A stretch of 64,000 nt of DNA from Octopus sinensis (lineage: Eukaryota), in contig NC_042999.1 in the NCBI RefSeq assembly GCF_006345805.1, forward strand, positions 63,984,001 to 64,048,000, read 5' to 3'. The position numbers and the translations under genes are program-made. The notes below the pieces were generated by a model. It had not been told where the DNA came from. It was given only the letters and a program-made list of their open reading frames with translations, and searched no databases. Positions 12,271 to 25,437 of the stretch are shown piece after piece (position 1 is the stretch's first letter; each line of letters starts with the position of its first letter).

Positions 12271-13499
12271 CTGCAGTTTGAATCACTTTAACCAAATTTT
12301 AGCAGGCCGGATTCAATTTATAGTCCTTGGTGCAGACTTGACAGTGTGGCTAAAAATTCGTTTCTCAGCTACGTGGCTCCAAGGCAAATCCCACTGCGTA
12401 CCACCTCTGACAACTGCTTCAACGAGAGCACCGGACCGACCAATGCTTTTTCAGTGAACTTGATGGGCGAAAAATGAGGAAACCCATCGTGTATATATGT
12501 TTGTGCCAGAGAGCATTTAGTAACCGGTGCTGGTTATTTTACGTCCTTGTACCATAGCTGTTCGGCAGAAAAAGATATGCTGAATAAGTACCAAACTAAT
12601 TTAAGTACTAGGGTCAATTTGATTGGCTCATCAACTCGACCCAGTTGTTATCGTTCCCTAGCATGCCGCAATTTAATGACTGAAACAAATAAGGGAGTAC
12701 AAGAATAATTTTTATTAACAATGGTTTGTTTTTGCTGTTTAGGCCTAAACCAATATTAATCAAGCAAACTTATCTTTCCATCGTTGTAGGGGTATATAAA
12801 TAGGACCTCGTTACCTAATGTGCCATTTATCTAAGATTATACAGTGTAAATCGAGGGGGATGCATCTGTTATTTCTTACACGTCAAAACCTCCCGCTGGT
12901 TTGTTAATGGATTGCGCAAGGTTGCGTGGATGAGGGAATATTAACAATGGAGAGGATGGGAAGAAAGTGGAAGAAGAAAGTGAGAAAAATATGGTAGTCA
13001 TAAAATATGAACGTGAACAGGAAGTTGCAGCTATGTCAATTACAATGGCTGTCAGCAGACGATCATAATCTGACAAATATGTTGATGCTGTGGCGAAGGA
13101 GGTTATGGTTTCCTCCTCCCTCTCCGAAACAATTCCTGCTTTAAACTTACTTCCCTACTGTGGTAATATGTGATTGTTGTTGTTGTTGTTGTTGTCGTTG
13201 TTGTTAGTGTTGTTGTTGTTTAGCTCCGTATCGGCCCTGATCGAGTAAACCTCTGGTTTAAAGGCATCCCGACTTCTTTTCTTATATATTATAACCAATG
13301 TCTCCTTTTTCAAGACGTTAGAATGTAATTTAGTTGCTGTTTCTGGAATATTTACTGCTGCGACAACAAACGTATCTTCACAGCTGGCTGCGAAAGACTC
13401 ACTTGTCAATATTTAAACCAGCAAAGTATTAATACTAACATACTTTTACTGTAGTTAGCACAATAACTTTAATTAATATATATATATTATATATATATA

Positions 13500-14337
<838 letters not shown>

Positions 14338-14762
14338 TTTAATATATTGATTGAATATCATACCTGGTTGTCTGAAAAGACACTCGTCTACAGTTCGGAC
14401 TGGAATTGGCAGTTCACACTACCAAAAATCTTTGCTAGCCAAGAACTGTATAACATTTCTAATGAGATTTGGCACTTGGTTTTACATGACAGATATTTTT
14501 GACTTTTGTTCTTGATATAGTGTGTCTTCTGTCTTACGGTTCCTGTCATAATAGTGAGAACAGAATGATGAACAGACAGAAAAACTAATTGCAAAACGTC
14601 TCATGTTCCAAGAGAAATATTTTCAGACAAGCTTCGCAGTATGTTGTGCAGATACACGAAGCAAATGTTTTGTAATCAGAGAATGGGACATCAACTGAAA
14701 TGTTGTCTTAACAACAAACAAGATGAAGACAAATATCCGTCAAATATAAATAATGTAAATAA

Positions 14763-14812
14763 TCTAGCATCACTCTTTCATAGTCAGCCTATGAACCTTG
14801 CAGCCGGCCTCG
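14763..14812 (-). mobile_element. Solo 5' end (TIR plus UTR) of an irritans-type mariner
   Basis: tctagcatcactctttcatagtcagcctatgaacc...cctcg-TA closely matches the 5' end of the element at 28331-28381. Confidence 0.55.
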
Positions 14813-15021
14813 TAACACCTTAAAAACGGGGATACATTGTACACAGCCACCTGTACATATTAACGACATCAGCAAAAGCATCAAACACTGCCCCATCAAC
14901 ATAAAAGCAAGCTCCAATGCTAGTACCATAATCATCATGATCAACATGATCACATTACTTTCATCACTAACGATACCAATAGAGCACAACGACAATCACC
15001 CACCGTAGCAGCAGTAGCAGT

Positions 15022-15391
15022 GGAGGCGCAGTGGCTCAGTGGTTAGGGCAGCGGATTCGCGGTCGGAGGATCGCGGTTTCGATTCCCAGACCGGGTGTTG
15101 TGTGTGTTTATTGATCGAAAACACCTCAAAGCTCCACGAGGCTCCGGCAGGGATGGTGGCGACCCCTGTTGTATTCTTTCGCCCCAACTTTCTCTCACTA
15201 TTTCCTCCTGTTTCTTGTCCCCGACTTCCTACGCAACCGCTGAGCCTGGATGCGCATTCATCCATCCGTCGATGATCTCGGTGTCGGGGTTTGGCCTGCT
15301 TTCTCTTCTGCGGGTCTTACGAATAGCAAAGGACCACGTTTCGGACTTCTCCCAAGAGGACGAAGACCGCTTCGCTCAACAGCAACAGCAA
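15022..15391 (+). mobile_element. SINE family C
   Basis: tRNA-like head ggaggcgcagtggctcagtggttagggc...ggtttcgattccc and a (CAACAG)n tail; colinear with 38212-38598. Confidence 0.88.
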
Positions 15392-15399
15392 CACCAGCA

Positions 15400-16331
15400 G
15401 TGCTTAGGCCCTTATTGTTCTTAGTCTTCATAAATGACTTGCCCGACGACCTCACGCAACACACCCTTCTATTTGCCGACGATGTCAAACTGGTCGCTCC
15501 TCGCGGTGATATAGAGGATCTTCGTCGATGCCTCCACCAAATTTGGAGGTGGTCTAACGAATGGGACCTGTGTCTGAACGTGTCAAAGTGCTGTCATCTG
15601 CCTGTTGGCTCTCCTCCTGCAACTCAACTTGATTTCGAGCCGTGTCGTTTGCTGCTGGAGAGGACCGATCAGGTAAAGGACCTGGGTATCTTGGTGGATT
15701 CCTCCTTTTCACCTTCGGCCCAGTGCGTCCATGCTGCCAACAAAGCACGCGGAATTCTGTTCTTGATTCGACGGTCATTCGGAATGCTCACAGCAGCCAT
15801 ATTCCTACCACTCTATGTCACGCTGGTGAGACCCATATTGGAGTACGGGATTCAAGCCTCTTCTCCTTATCTCCTCAAAGACATACAGCATCTCGAAAGA
15901 GTCCAGAAGCTGGCTACCCGCATGGTTCATGGTCTCAAAAATTTGTCTTATGAAGAAAGGCTGAGGACGCTCGACCTTTATTCTCTAGAAAAACTCCGCC
16001 GCCGTGGTGATCTCATTCTCGCTCACAACATCATAAGCGGAAAGTGTAACCTCTCAATTGAGCGTCGGCTGCGGGGTCATTCTGAAAAGCTCTACCTGCG
16101 ACGATTTCATCTCAATCGAAGGAGAGGAGCTTTCTCCGTCCGGGTTGCGGATCCGTGGACAAGCTGCCAGACGAGATGGTGAAGATGCCGACGACCGCTT
16201 TGTTCAAAGTCTCCCTTGACCTCAAGTGGCCTGAACTCTTTACATGAACACCACCCTGTACTTAACTCCATGTCCCCCTACATGGCCTTGCTATTTACTT
16301 TTGAGCCAAATTAACTAACTAACTAACTAAC
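15400..16331 (+). mobile_element. 5'-truncated CR1/L2-group LINE (RT C-terminal half plus 3' UTR), apparently young
   Basis: Starts in the VL(G/R)PLLFLVFINDLP...LLFADDVKL RT motif and continues VKDLGILVD, RPILEYG and LERVQKLATR. It is open until a 1-nt deletion near 16158; the shifted frame reads KLPDEMVK...WPELFT*. It has a (TAAC)n tail and a candidate TSD caccagca (15392-15399, 16334-16341). Confidence 0.92.
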
Positions 16332-16894
16332 ATCACCAGCATCACTGCCATACACCATCATAGTAGATATAACTGCTACCACCGTCATCAACACAAAGAC
16401 CAACAAAACCATCACCAACGCCACCAGAATCACTCCACCACCACAATATCATTAACAGTATCCTCACTACTACCCCCACCACCAACATCAACTTCCCCAC
16501 TCCACCAAAACTACCACCACCACCCCTGCTGTCAACATTGCCTACCAGGGTACAAAGCTGAAAAACGGTGGCAATTCATGTAGAATACATTGCAACCTTT
16601 TATTCCAGTCGGTTGCTTTACTTTGTAACTCAAATTTAATGTTGTTTTTCTCCAAATTAAATAAAAAAGAAATTTTTAGTTTTGATGTTTAGAATTGGTC
16701 AATTATTTTATAAATGTCAAATGTATCGAGTAAAATTTAACAAAATTAAAAAAAATTCTCTGTGTGTGTGTGTATGTTTTCTGTTTTAAGGATGTGACAT
16801 TTGTCACGGATTTTAAAAAGTTAGTCAGGTAAGGAGAAGTTGTACCACCGGCCTTTGATCTACATCGTTTTTATTGGTGAGATGGCGTGTTATT

Positions 16895-17560
16895 GTTGTT
16901 GCTTAGTCCCAGGTTAATCTTAATCGAACAATGATCAAATGCGTCCCAGCCATGACCATCCTGTTTTATTCCTTTGTGCAGAAACCCAGGATCACATTAA
17001 CCAAAGTGTCCTTTTCTAAGATGGAGACTGTGTGATTTGAGGGATACTTCACTATTATTTTTAGTAAACTGAGTGTCCGTATAAAGGCCTACCTTATAAA
17101 TAAAATAAATGCGCCCTTTTAAAGCCTAGCCAGGCTCATGGGCCCAGTTTCCCGGTTTCAATGGACGTCAGTCCATCGCAGCGTTACTCAATTTTGCCAG
17201 CTGAGTGGACTGGAGCAACGTGAAATGAAGAGTTTTTCTCAAGAACACAACGCGTCGCTCGGTCCAGGAATCGAAACCACAATCTTACGATCATGATGGT
17301 GACACCTTAACCACTAAGCCACGCACCTCTAAAGGCCTACCTTAGCTGTTGTTATTGCTTATGCTTCGCTTTAGGTAGTTTTTGATCGGATATATCTATG
17401 GTTAAAGACATTCCAGCCATCGTCCAGTCTTTGGTTTACGCGCAGGGAATCGAGAAACACTTATAGTTTAAGGTAGTAAAGTGTGATGTAATATGAGGGA
17501 GATTTGGTTGTTATTTCTTGCAGATAGCGCGATCATATTGATGTTCTTTTGTTGGCTCGG
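16895..17560 (+). repeat. Old dispersed repeat (gagatttggctgctatttctag family), interrupted by a SINE D
   Basis: cagccatgaccatc...aacccagga...gtgtgatttgaggga motifs recur near 5610, 13220, 18700, 52300, 2760 (rc) and 62050 (rc). Confidence 0.45.
17097..17329 (-). mobile_element. SINE family D (tail variant 2, internal deletion)
   Basis: 15-bp TSD taaaggcctacctta (17082-17096, 17330-17344); lacks ~24 nt present in the 21783 copy. Confidence 0.9.
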
Positions 17561-17759
17561 CATTGGAGAAAGTGATGTGTTTGGGGCTCATCCTAAGCAA
17601 CTACAAGCCAGTGTGTCCAGGAAAAGATGATGGGCCAGGTGAAAACCAAGTATCTATTACAGATACTTAAAGAGTAGGCCTGGCTGTGTAGTAAAGAAGT
17701 CCGTTTCACAACTTCGTGACGCTTCGGGAAAGTGTTTTTTTTTTATATATATGTTGAAG

Positions 17760-18390
17760 CCATATTTCTCAGTTAAGATGTAGGCTTCCTTTAGTCTGCT
17801 TTCATATGGCTCAGTGAGGCCAATCAAAATTATTTATTTTGATGAAAGCAGGTGGAGTATAATATCATACCACTTGTTGATTTCTTGTTCATTCTAGAAC
17901 GTCTATTGAGCACTTCCAGTCATCCACTCCATTGGTGACTGTATTTTTATGTTTTGAATAGCTTTTACAGACAATAATCTTTTGTCTCCAGTCATAAAAA
18001 AATATTGCTGGAGCTTCTGATGGCTTCGTTTTTCCTCTCGCAGTACAAATCGTACGTAAGACTTCTTTAAGTATTTGATTGTGCCTCCATGTGTACCTTC
18101 CTTGAACTAGCGTTACTTTGCATGGGCTCAGGACAAACCTCACTATTTGTATGTCTTGGCAGAGTGGACATACAGGGTTACTAATTTCTCCCCACTTCAC
18201 CAGGTTTGAATTCGAGGGCAGATCATATACAGATCTGTGGATAAAACTGAGAAGCAATATGCTATATGTCATTCGAGATAGGACCTCTTTGGAGTTCATT
18301 TTCTCAAGCCCCTCTTGGCCTTGCTGGACTGCCATGTGGATTCTCTTAGTATTCCCTTCCCTCCTCACTTCCTCAGTTATCACGTTGTAA
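17760..18390 (-). mobile_element. RLE-type non-LTR retrotransposon fragment (Hero/NeSL-like C-terminus)
   Basis: SFIHRSVYDLPSNSNLVKWG, zinc knuckle CPLCQ...C and GRYTWRHNQIL, followed in another frame by the endonuclease-like DIILHL...IILIGLTEPYESRL...EKY. Confidence 0.8.
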
Positions 18391-19159
18391 ATATGGATTA
18401 TGACACAAGACCGGAAGCACTTACCATGCAAGAGCCTGAGTTGCATACATTTCGCATTAAAGAACCAATATACCGTGGTGATAGTGGTGGTAGCAGTTGT
18501 GTGTCGAAATTTTAGTTGCAGGCGGTTACAGGCAGGATGCAATAGTTGTAGAGATGGAGATGGTGGCGATTTTTTCGTGTTTAACACCAACTCAGCCCTG
18601 ATCTAGCATACGTTCCACTATTGACCATTTCCTCTTAGTACTGACCATTTCCTTATTATTTAATATACCATTTCCTTATTTAAGACATGTTGCGATTTGA
18701 ATGAGATTTGGCTGCTATTTTTTTTTACATCGAACGACTACGAAAAGGCTTCGTCGTTGGCAATGGCTGCTAATTGTTTTTGTTACTTAGCTTCAGCAGA
18801 CCAGTAATCATAGCAGACTAGTGATCATAAACATTCCTACTAGGACCGTTCTGTATTCTTTTTTTCTACAGAGAACCCAGGACCACATCCCACTAGAACC
18901 TGCCCCGTTGCTTCGTGATGGTGATGATAACAATGATGGTACTGATGGTGATGTTGATAATAGTGCTGGTAGCGGATATTTGATTACACGTTGTTAGTTA
19001 CTAATGAGAAATATGTCTAATCCCACCACATTGAAAGCTGCTATCTTGTGCATGTTTCACGAAAACACCCTCAAAGTTTGGCGAATGTGAGTGTTAAAGA
19101 CGAACGATTTTGTGGATAAACCAAGACAAGCTCGGTGTCACTGAAACTGTACGAAAGCA

Positions 19160-19499
19160 AGTGTGTGTGTGTGTGTGTGTGTGTGTTTGTGTGCGTGCGT
19201 GTGCGTGCATGTGTGTGTGTGTAAGTGCGTGTGTGTATGTGTTTTCTTCGCCTCTCTATCCTCATTTTACTATTTATCTCTTTCTTATATACATTCGGTC
19301 ACGTACACTCATTTACAAATGTGCCATATATACATATATATATGTGTGTGTGTGTGTGTACATATATATGTGTATATATATATATAGATATACATACATA
19401 TATGTACATATATGTATATATATATACATATATGTACATATATGTATATATATGTATATATATATACATATATACGTATATATATATATATATATAATA

Positions 19500-19579
<80 letters not shown>

Positions 19580-20178
19580 CATATATATACATACATATAT
19601 ATAGATACATATATACATATATATATACATATATATATACTACATATATATACATACATATATATATACATATACATACATATACATTATATACATACAT
19701 ATACATATATATAATACATATACATATATATATACTACATATACATATATATATACATACATATACATATATATATACATTACATATATATATACATATA
19801 TATATATTATATACATACATATATATATATATATACATACATATATATATATATACATACATATATATATATATACATACATATATATATATATATACAT
19901 ACATATAATATATACATACATATATATATATACATACATATATATATATACATACATATATATATTATACATATAATATATATATACATACATATATATA
20001 TATATACATACATATATATAGATATATACATACATATATATATTACATACATATTATATATACATATATATATAATACATACAATATATATATATAACAT
20101 ACATATATATATATATACATACATATATAATACATACATACATATATACATACATATATATAATACATACATATATAT

Positions 20179-20225
<47 letters not shown>

Positions 20226-20399
20226 ATATATTATATATATACATATATATGTATATATATACATATATATGTATATATATACATATAATTATACATATAT
20301 ACATATATATGTATATATATACATATAATTATACATATATACATATATATGTATATATATACATATAATTATACATATATACATATAATATATATATTA

Positions 20400-20441
<42 letters not shown>

Positions 20442-20490
20442 TATGTAAGTATATATACAAATACATACATACACACACACACACATACTC
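19160..20490. repeat. Large (TG)n plus (TA/TACA)n compound microsatellite
   Basis: Read directly; includes a ~40-nt higher-order unit repeated about 3 times near 20240-20390. Confidence 0.95.
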
Positions 20491-20859
20491 TCGAAAGGAG
20501 TGTGGGTGAGGGTAGTAAAATGAATTGTCAGAGACAGCAAAGGAAATATTTCAGCAGAAGCTTTAAAGAGTTATAAATGTCAGGACTTGGAATCATCCTA
20601 CCGCTGGTGCTGATGGCGGTGTTGGTGGTGGTTGTAGTTGTCAGTGGTGGAGTGTAGTTTTGCTCGTGGTGGGGTATCAGTAATAGGTGGAGGGCAGCGG
20701 TGGGCCGGGGATTGATGTGGTATGATGGTAGTGGTGTGGGATTTTTTGGTGAGGGGAAAGTGGGTAGGTTCTAATGACTAGCTAATTAAACTGGTGCTGA
20801 AACGATTCTTGTAAAATAAAGTAACCACAGGAAAAAATAACCACGTCGACAAGTTCATC

Positions 20860-20953
20860 ACCACCACCACCATCACCATCATCATTGTCATTATCCTTCT
20901 TCTTCTTCTCATCATTATCACCATTACAATTATCCTCCTCATCATCACCACCA

Positions 20954-20986
<33 letters not shown>

Positions 20987-21170
20987 TCATCATCATCATC
21001 ATCATCATTGCCGCCATCATCATCATTAGCATCATCATTAGCATCAACATTAGCATCATCATCAGCATCATCAGGACAATCATCTTCATCATCATCACCA
21101 CCATCATCATTACCGTTATCTTCATCTTTATCATCATCATCATCTTCATCACAACCATCACCATCCATAC
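20860..21170. repeat. (CAT/CGT/CAC)n trinucleotide tract
   Basis: Read directly; source of the poly-D, poly-S and poly-M ORFs. Confidence 0.9.
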
Positions 21171-21782
21171 GTCGGTGTTTTGCTGTGAAACGAAAGATGA
21201 TGTCTCCAAAATTCAGATTTAAAAGCACGTCATCTTTTCAAAGCAATCGTACCAAAATGGCCTAAATTTCATGTTGTCCATAATGGAATCTCAAAATTAA
21301 GTATGGTATTCACGACCCACGCATCTTACAGGTAGTGTCGCAAGAAATAGTTTCAAACAGTTCCAGGAAGACATCTTTGTAGGGATGCAGAAACTTAAGC
21401 AACTCGTTCATTGAGCCCAAAATGCTTGGTCTTCGCTCATTGAGTCGCCTTGCACTGTTGCACCCTGCCTTCATGTGAGCCAAGTTCTAGCGATGTCTTT
21501 GCCCTGAATTTGAGGTAAAGTTGACCTCAGTGTGACCCGAACGCAGAGTATTTGAACTCTACCAACCCATAGGCACAGGGTCAGCAATTTTGAAGATACG
21601 TGATGAGTTGATAACATCAATCCCCGTACTTGATTGGTACTTTTATTTTATTGAACCCAGAGGGATGAAAGGAAAAGTTCACTTCACTAAGTTTCGAACT
21701 CAGAACGTAAAGAGCCGGAACAAATACTGAAAGACATTTTCCCGGCACTCTAACGATTCTGCCAACCTACAATCTTCCCTTA

Positions 21783-22043
21783 AAATAAATAAATGCGCCC
21801 TTTTAAAGCCTAGCCAGGCTCATGGGCCCAGTTTCCAGGTTTCAATGGCGTATGTGTTCCCCAGCTGGACGGGACGCCAGTCCATTACAGCATTACTCAT
21901 TTTTTGCCAGCTGAGTGGACTGGAGCAACGTGAAATAAAGTGTTTTGCTCACGAACACAACGCGTCGCCCGGTCCAGGAATCGAAACCACAATCTTACGA
22001 TCATGATGGTGACACCCTAACCACTAAGCCACGCACCTGCACA
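21783..22043 (-). mobile_element. SINE family D (tail variant 2)
   Basis: 15-bp TSD tacaatcttccctta (21768-21782, 22044-22058); (ATTT)n tail. Confidence 0.9.
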
Positions 22044-22127
22044 TACAATCTTCCCTTACTGAAGTAATATTAACCGTTTCTGATTTAGGCACAATGTCAA
22101 TAATTTTAACTGATTGGAGGTATTATC

Positions 22128-22603
22128 ATGTACATTGTTTCGTCTTCGTATAAAAGATGGGTTACAGCAAATATCCTGCTCAATACTACAGATTTGCTTG
22201 TCAGTTGTTTGACCTTAACCAGGTGAGCATGTCCCTTAGTGGTTGACGATATGTGTATCTCTAATCACGAGCAGGAATAGTGAGGGAGCATCATAGCCAT
22301 ATGTTGAGAGAAACTCTTTGGTTTTGGATAATTCGCCTTTGGAAACATAGGTGTTTCGTTCAACATCCTTAAACAACTCTTATTCAGGGACCTCTTGAGC
22401 GGGATGGGCTACTTGACTGAGGAAAATTCTAACTGGGCCCTACCTGCATGGTCATGCACTGTTAATTTTGATATGAGATCACATATCGCGCACATATGGT
22501 TATGGTGCATGTGCTTGGTGTTGTCGTGATGGATATACTGGGCTTCGTATATTTTACTCCAGTGACACTTCGATGGCATGTACTGCTTTCTCACTCAATA
22601 ATA

Positions 22604-22650
<47 letters not shown>

Positions 22651-22655
22651 TAATT
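22128..22655 (+). mobile_element. Unclassified interspersed repeat with long (AAT)n tail (family E)
   Basis: Non-coding ~470-nt body ending ...gcatgtactgctttctcactc-(AAT)~19. It resembles an octopus repeat I recall, but the class is not assignable from this window. Confidence 0.45.
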
Positions 22656-23490
22656 TCTTTTATTGGCCACTAGGGCCCAAGACATGCAGGACAATAGCAA
22701 AGGACGAGAGACAACCCACAAAAACAGGTGGGGTTTATATCGATCAAAGGTAGACTCTACAAAATTAAAGGATGTAACAAAGAGTATAGAAATAGTAATT
22801 TGAGAAATAAATAATTAATAAATAAATAGAATTCCCAAGAGTGGGGCAGTAAAACTCCGCCATCCCCAAGGCATGGGAAGTTCCCTCTTCCAGTTTCTTT
22901 CCTCCTGCTTAGAAAAGCAAACTCAGAGTTGATCCATTCAGTCTTAGCGGTCTTGCCGCTCTCGTTCACCTTTTGATAAAGACACTAGGAAGCACCACCT
23001 CCCTCTCACCTTCCTCTTCAAATGATATTTGAAGAAATTGACGAGAGCTTGACCAGATCGGAAAGAGCCCGTCTTCAAACATTTCAAACAAGTCAACCAC
23101 GCATCCCATTTTTTCCCCACAGTAATTAAGCAGAGAAAGATCTACCTTCCAGCTCAGCTAAATGAAATTGTTGCGTCAGTATTCTCCGTACGCTCAGCGG
23201 ACAGCTGGATTCGTCTTACATAAGACAGCAACTTCTCAACACAAAACCACAAGTCTCTAATGCACGGACACTGAACGATTGCACGCAGGTCGGATTCGTC
23301 CCACTGCATGCATTATGGGCAGGTTCGGCTGTTGGCATTTCTATGCCCGAAGAGCTTGTCTTGAACAAGTAATGCACCCCTGTAGCACTACCATACCAAA
23401 GACTATTCGGAATTGTCTATGATCTTCGACCCGGAAGAGACCACTCAGACTATTCTCGTCGATTCCCAGAGTCAATTTTAGGCCACCGTC
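22654..23490 (-). mobile_element. Tx1/L1-clade LINE 3' fragment (zf-RVT region plus 3' UTR)
   Basis: The minus strand encodes SLVW*CYRGALLVQDKL...TCP*C...AIVQCPCIRDLW...FFKYHLKRKVR and ends gtggccAATAAAagaaa. Confidence 0.75.
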
Positions 23491-23529
23491 GCAACGATAT
23501 GATTTTTTTGTCAGGGTTACTCTTTACTG

Positions 23530-23952
23530 CTTTACTTGCTTCAGTCATTTGACTGTGGCCATGCTGGAGCACCGCCTGTTATTCGAGCAAATCGACCCCA
23601 GGACTTATTCTTTGTAAGCCTAGTACTTATTCTATCGGTCTCTTTTGCTGAACCGCTAAGTTACGGGGACGTAAACACACCAGCATCGGTTGTCAAGCGA
23701 TGTTGAGAGGACAAACACACACATACATACATACATACATACATACATACATACATACATACATACAACATACATACATATATATATATACATACATATA
23801 TTCGACGGGCTTCTTTCAGTTTCCGTCTACCAAATCCACTCACAAGTCTTTAGTCGGCCCGAGGCTATAGTAGAAGACACTTGCCCAAGGTGCCACGCAG
23901 TGGGATTGAACCCGGAACCATGTGGTTCCTAAGCAAGCTACCTACCACACAG
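23530..23952 (-). mobile_element. SINE family A
   Basis: Reverse copy with an expanded internal (ACAT)n. Confidence 0.88.
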
Positions 23953-24764
23953 TCTAGAATAATCAACTAAATTTAACACAATAGTTAAATGGTACATATT
24001 TTATCAGAACCGGAGTTGAATAAATTGTGAAATATCTTGTGAAGGTCTCAAATCAGAACGTAAAGCGAAGCAATTAAATGATATTAAACATCAACGTTCC
24101 GATTAATATGGTTATTAGAGAAATAAGAATGTTATTTAGTGATGGGTCCATACTTGCACAAATAATAATCAAAATCAGATCACATTAAACTCATATTTGA
24201 GACAGAGTCACAAGTTCGGCTTGATTGTAACTTAACTCTATAATGTACACTATATGTGTATCACATTAATTTCAAATTTTGGCACACGGCCAGCAATTTC
24301 AAGGAAGAGTAAATCGGTTATATCACACAGAGTTATCAGCTGGTATATATTTTTATCGATATACGAAAGGATGAAAGCAAAGTCGACCTTGGCGGAATTT
24401 GAACTCAGAACGTAAAGACGGACGAGACACCGCTCGGCATTTTCCCCGGCGTGTTTACGATTCTGCCAATACCCTGCCATATGTTTATCATACCCACAGC
24501 ATTTTCTTTCTCCTTCCTTTTTATGGTATATATGAAGAAATGTTAAATTAAGGACATTTTTACTAATCCTTTAACAAAATAAAGATAAAATTTTTGGGAT
24601 ACGGATTTAAAGTTTGAGCCAATACAAAACAACAAAAAAATAAATAGTTGTTTTCCGAGTTCCGGTTTCATGGCATTGCGTATTCTTTAACCAATGAATA
24701 TTTTTGACGACGTTTTCTTATTTCAACTTTAGAAGGTTGTTTTCTTATCTACCTATCCCCAGCT

Positions 24765-24895
24765 CTCTTCTTCTTCTTCTTCTTCTTCTTCTTCTTCTTC
24801 TTCTTCTTCTTCCCCCCCCTCCTCCTCCCCTTCTTCTTCCCCTTCCCCCTCTTCTTCTTCTTCTTCTCTTCTTCTTCTTCTCCTTTCTCTCTGTG

Positions 24896-24967
<72 letters not shown>

Positions 24968-24975
24968 CATATATA
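24765..24975. repeat. (CTT/CCT)n plus (TA)n tract
   Basis: Read directly from the sequence. Confidence 0.9.
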
Positions 24976-25356
24976 TATCTTCAAACAATATACATATATA
25001 TCTTCAAACAAAATATATACATATATATATGCGCAGGAGTAGCTGTATGGTAAGAAGCTTGCTTCTCAACCTGGCTCTGGGTTCAGTCCCATTAAATGAC
25101 ACCTTGGGTAAGTGTCTTCTACTATATTCTCGGGCTTCACTTGTTTAAATAAAACAAGGACATTTCTCCCCTCTCTATATCTTTTTTATTTAAAAACAAC
25201 GGCCATTCAACACACATGGAGTTTTTTGAACTGCTCTTGTCCCCTCTCTATATCTTTAGTATGTACTTATTTAAATTAAATTAATTTAAAAATTGATTTA
25301 TTTTTAGTTTGTATTGGCCCAGCGACAGATTAGAAGCGTGTTCGACTCTCTTTTAC

Positions 25357-25437
<81 letters not shown>

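Noticed and set aside
15250-15399. N-terminal 50 aa of the 310-aa ORF
   Set aside because: It derives from the SINE C tail; RT homology starts only at 15400, so this is not a host gene.
15022-16331. SINE-LINE chimera retrotransposed as one unit
   Set aside because: The candidate TSD caccagca flanks the LINE alone and no duplication flanks the pair; nested insertion is simpler.
17889-18590. 233-aa ORF as a host zinc-finger gene
   Set aside because: Its motifs are the zinc knuckle and pre-endonuclease region of an RLE retrotransposon, and the N-terminal third is unrelated low-complexity sequence.
19110-20304. Many long ORFs rich in I/Y/M/C/H/T (also 26215-26998, 35145-36389, 43579-44053, 47435-48839)
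   Set aside because: They are translations of (TA)n/(TG)n/(CA)n microsatellites, which lack stop codons in several frames.
20778-21265. Poly-Asp, poly-Ser and poly-Met ORFs
   Set aside because: A trinucleotide tract open in three frames, with no non-repetitive coding context or splice evidence.
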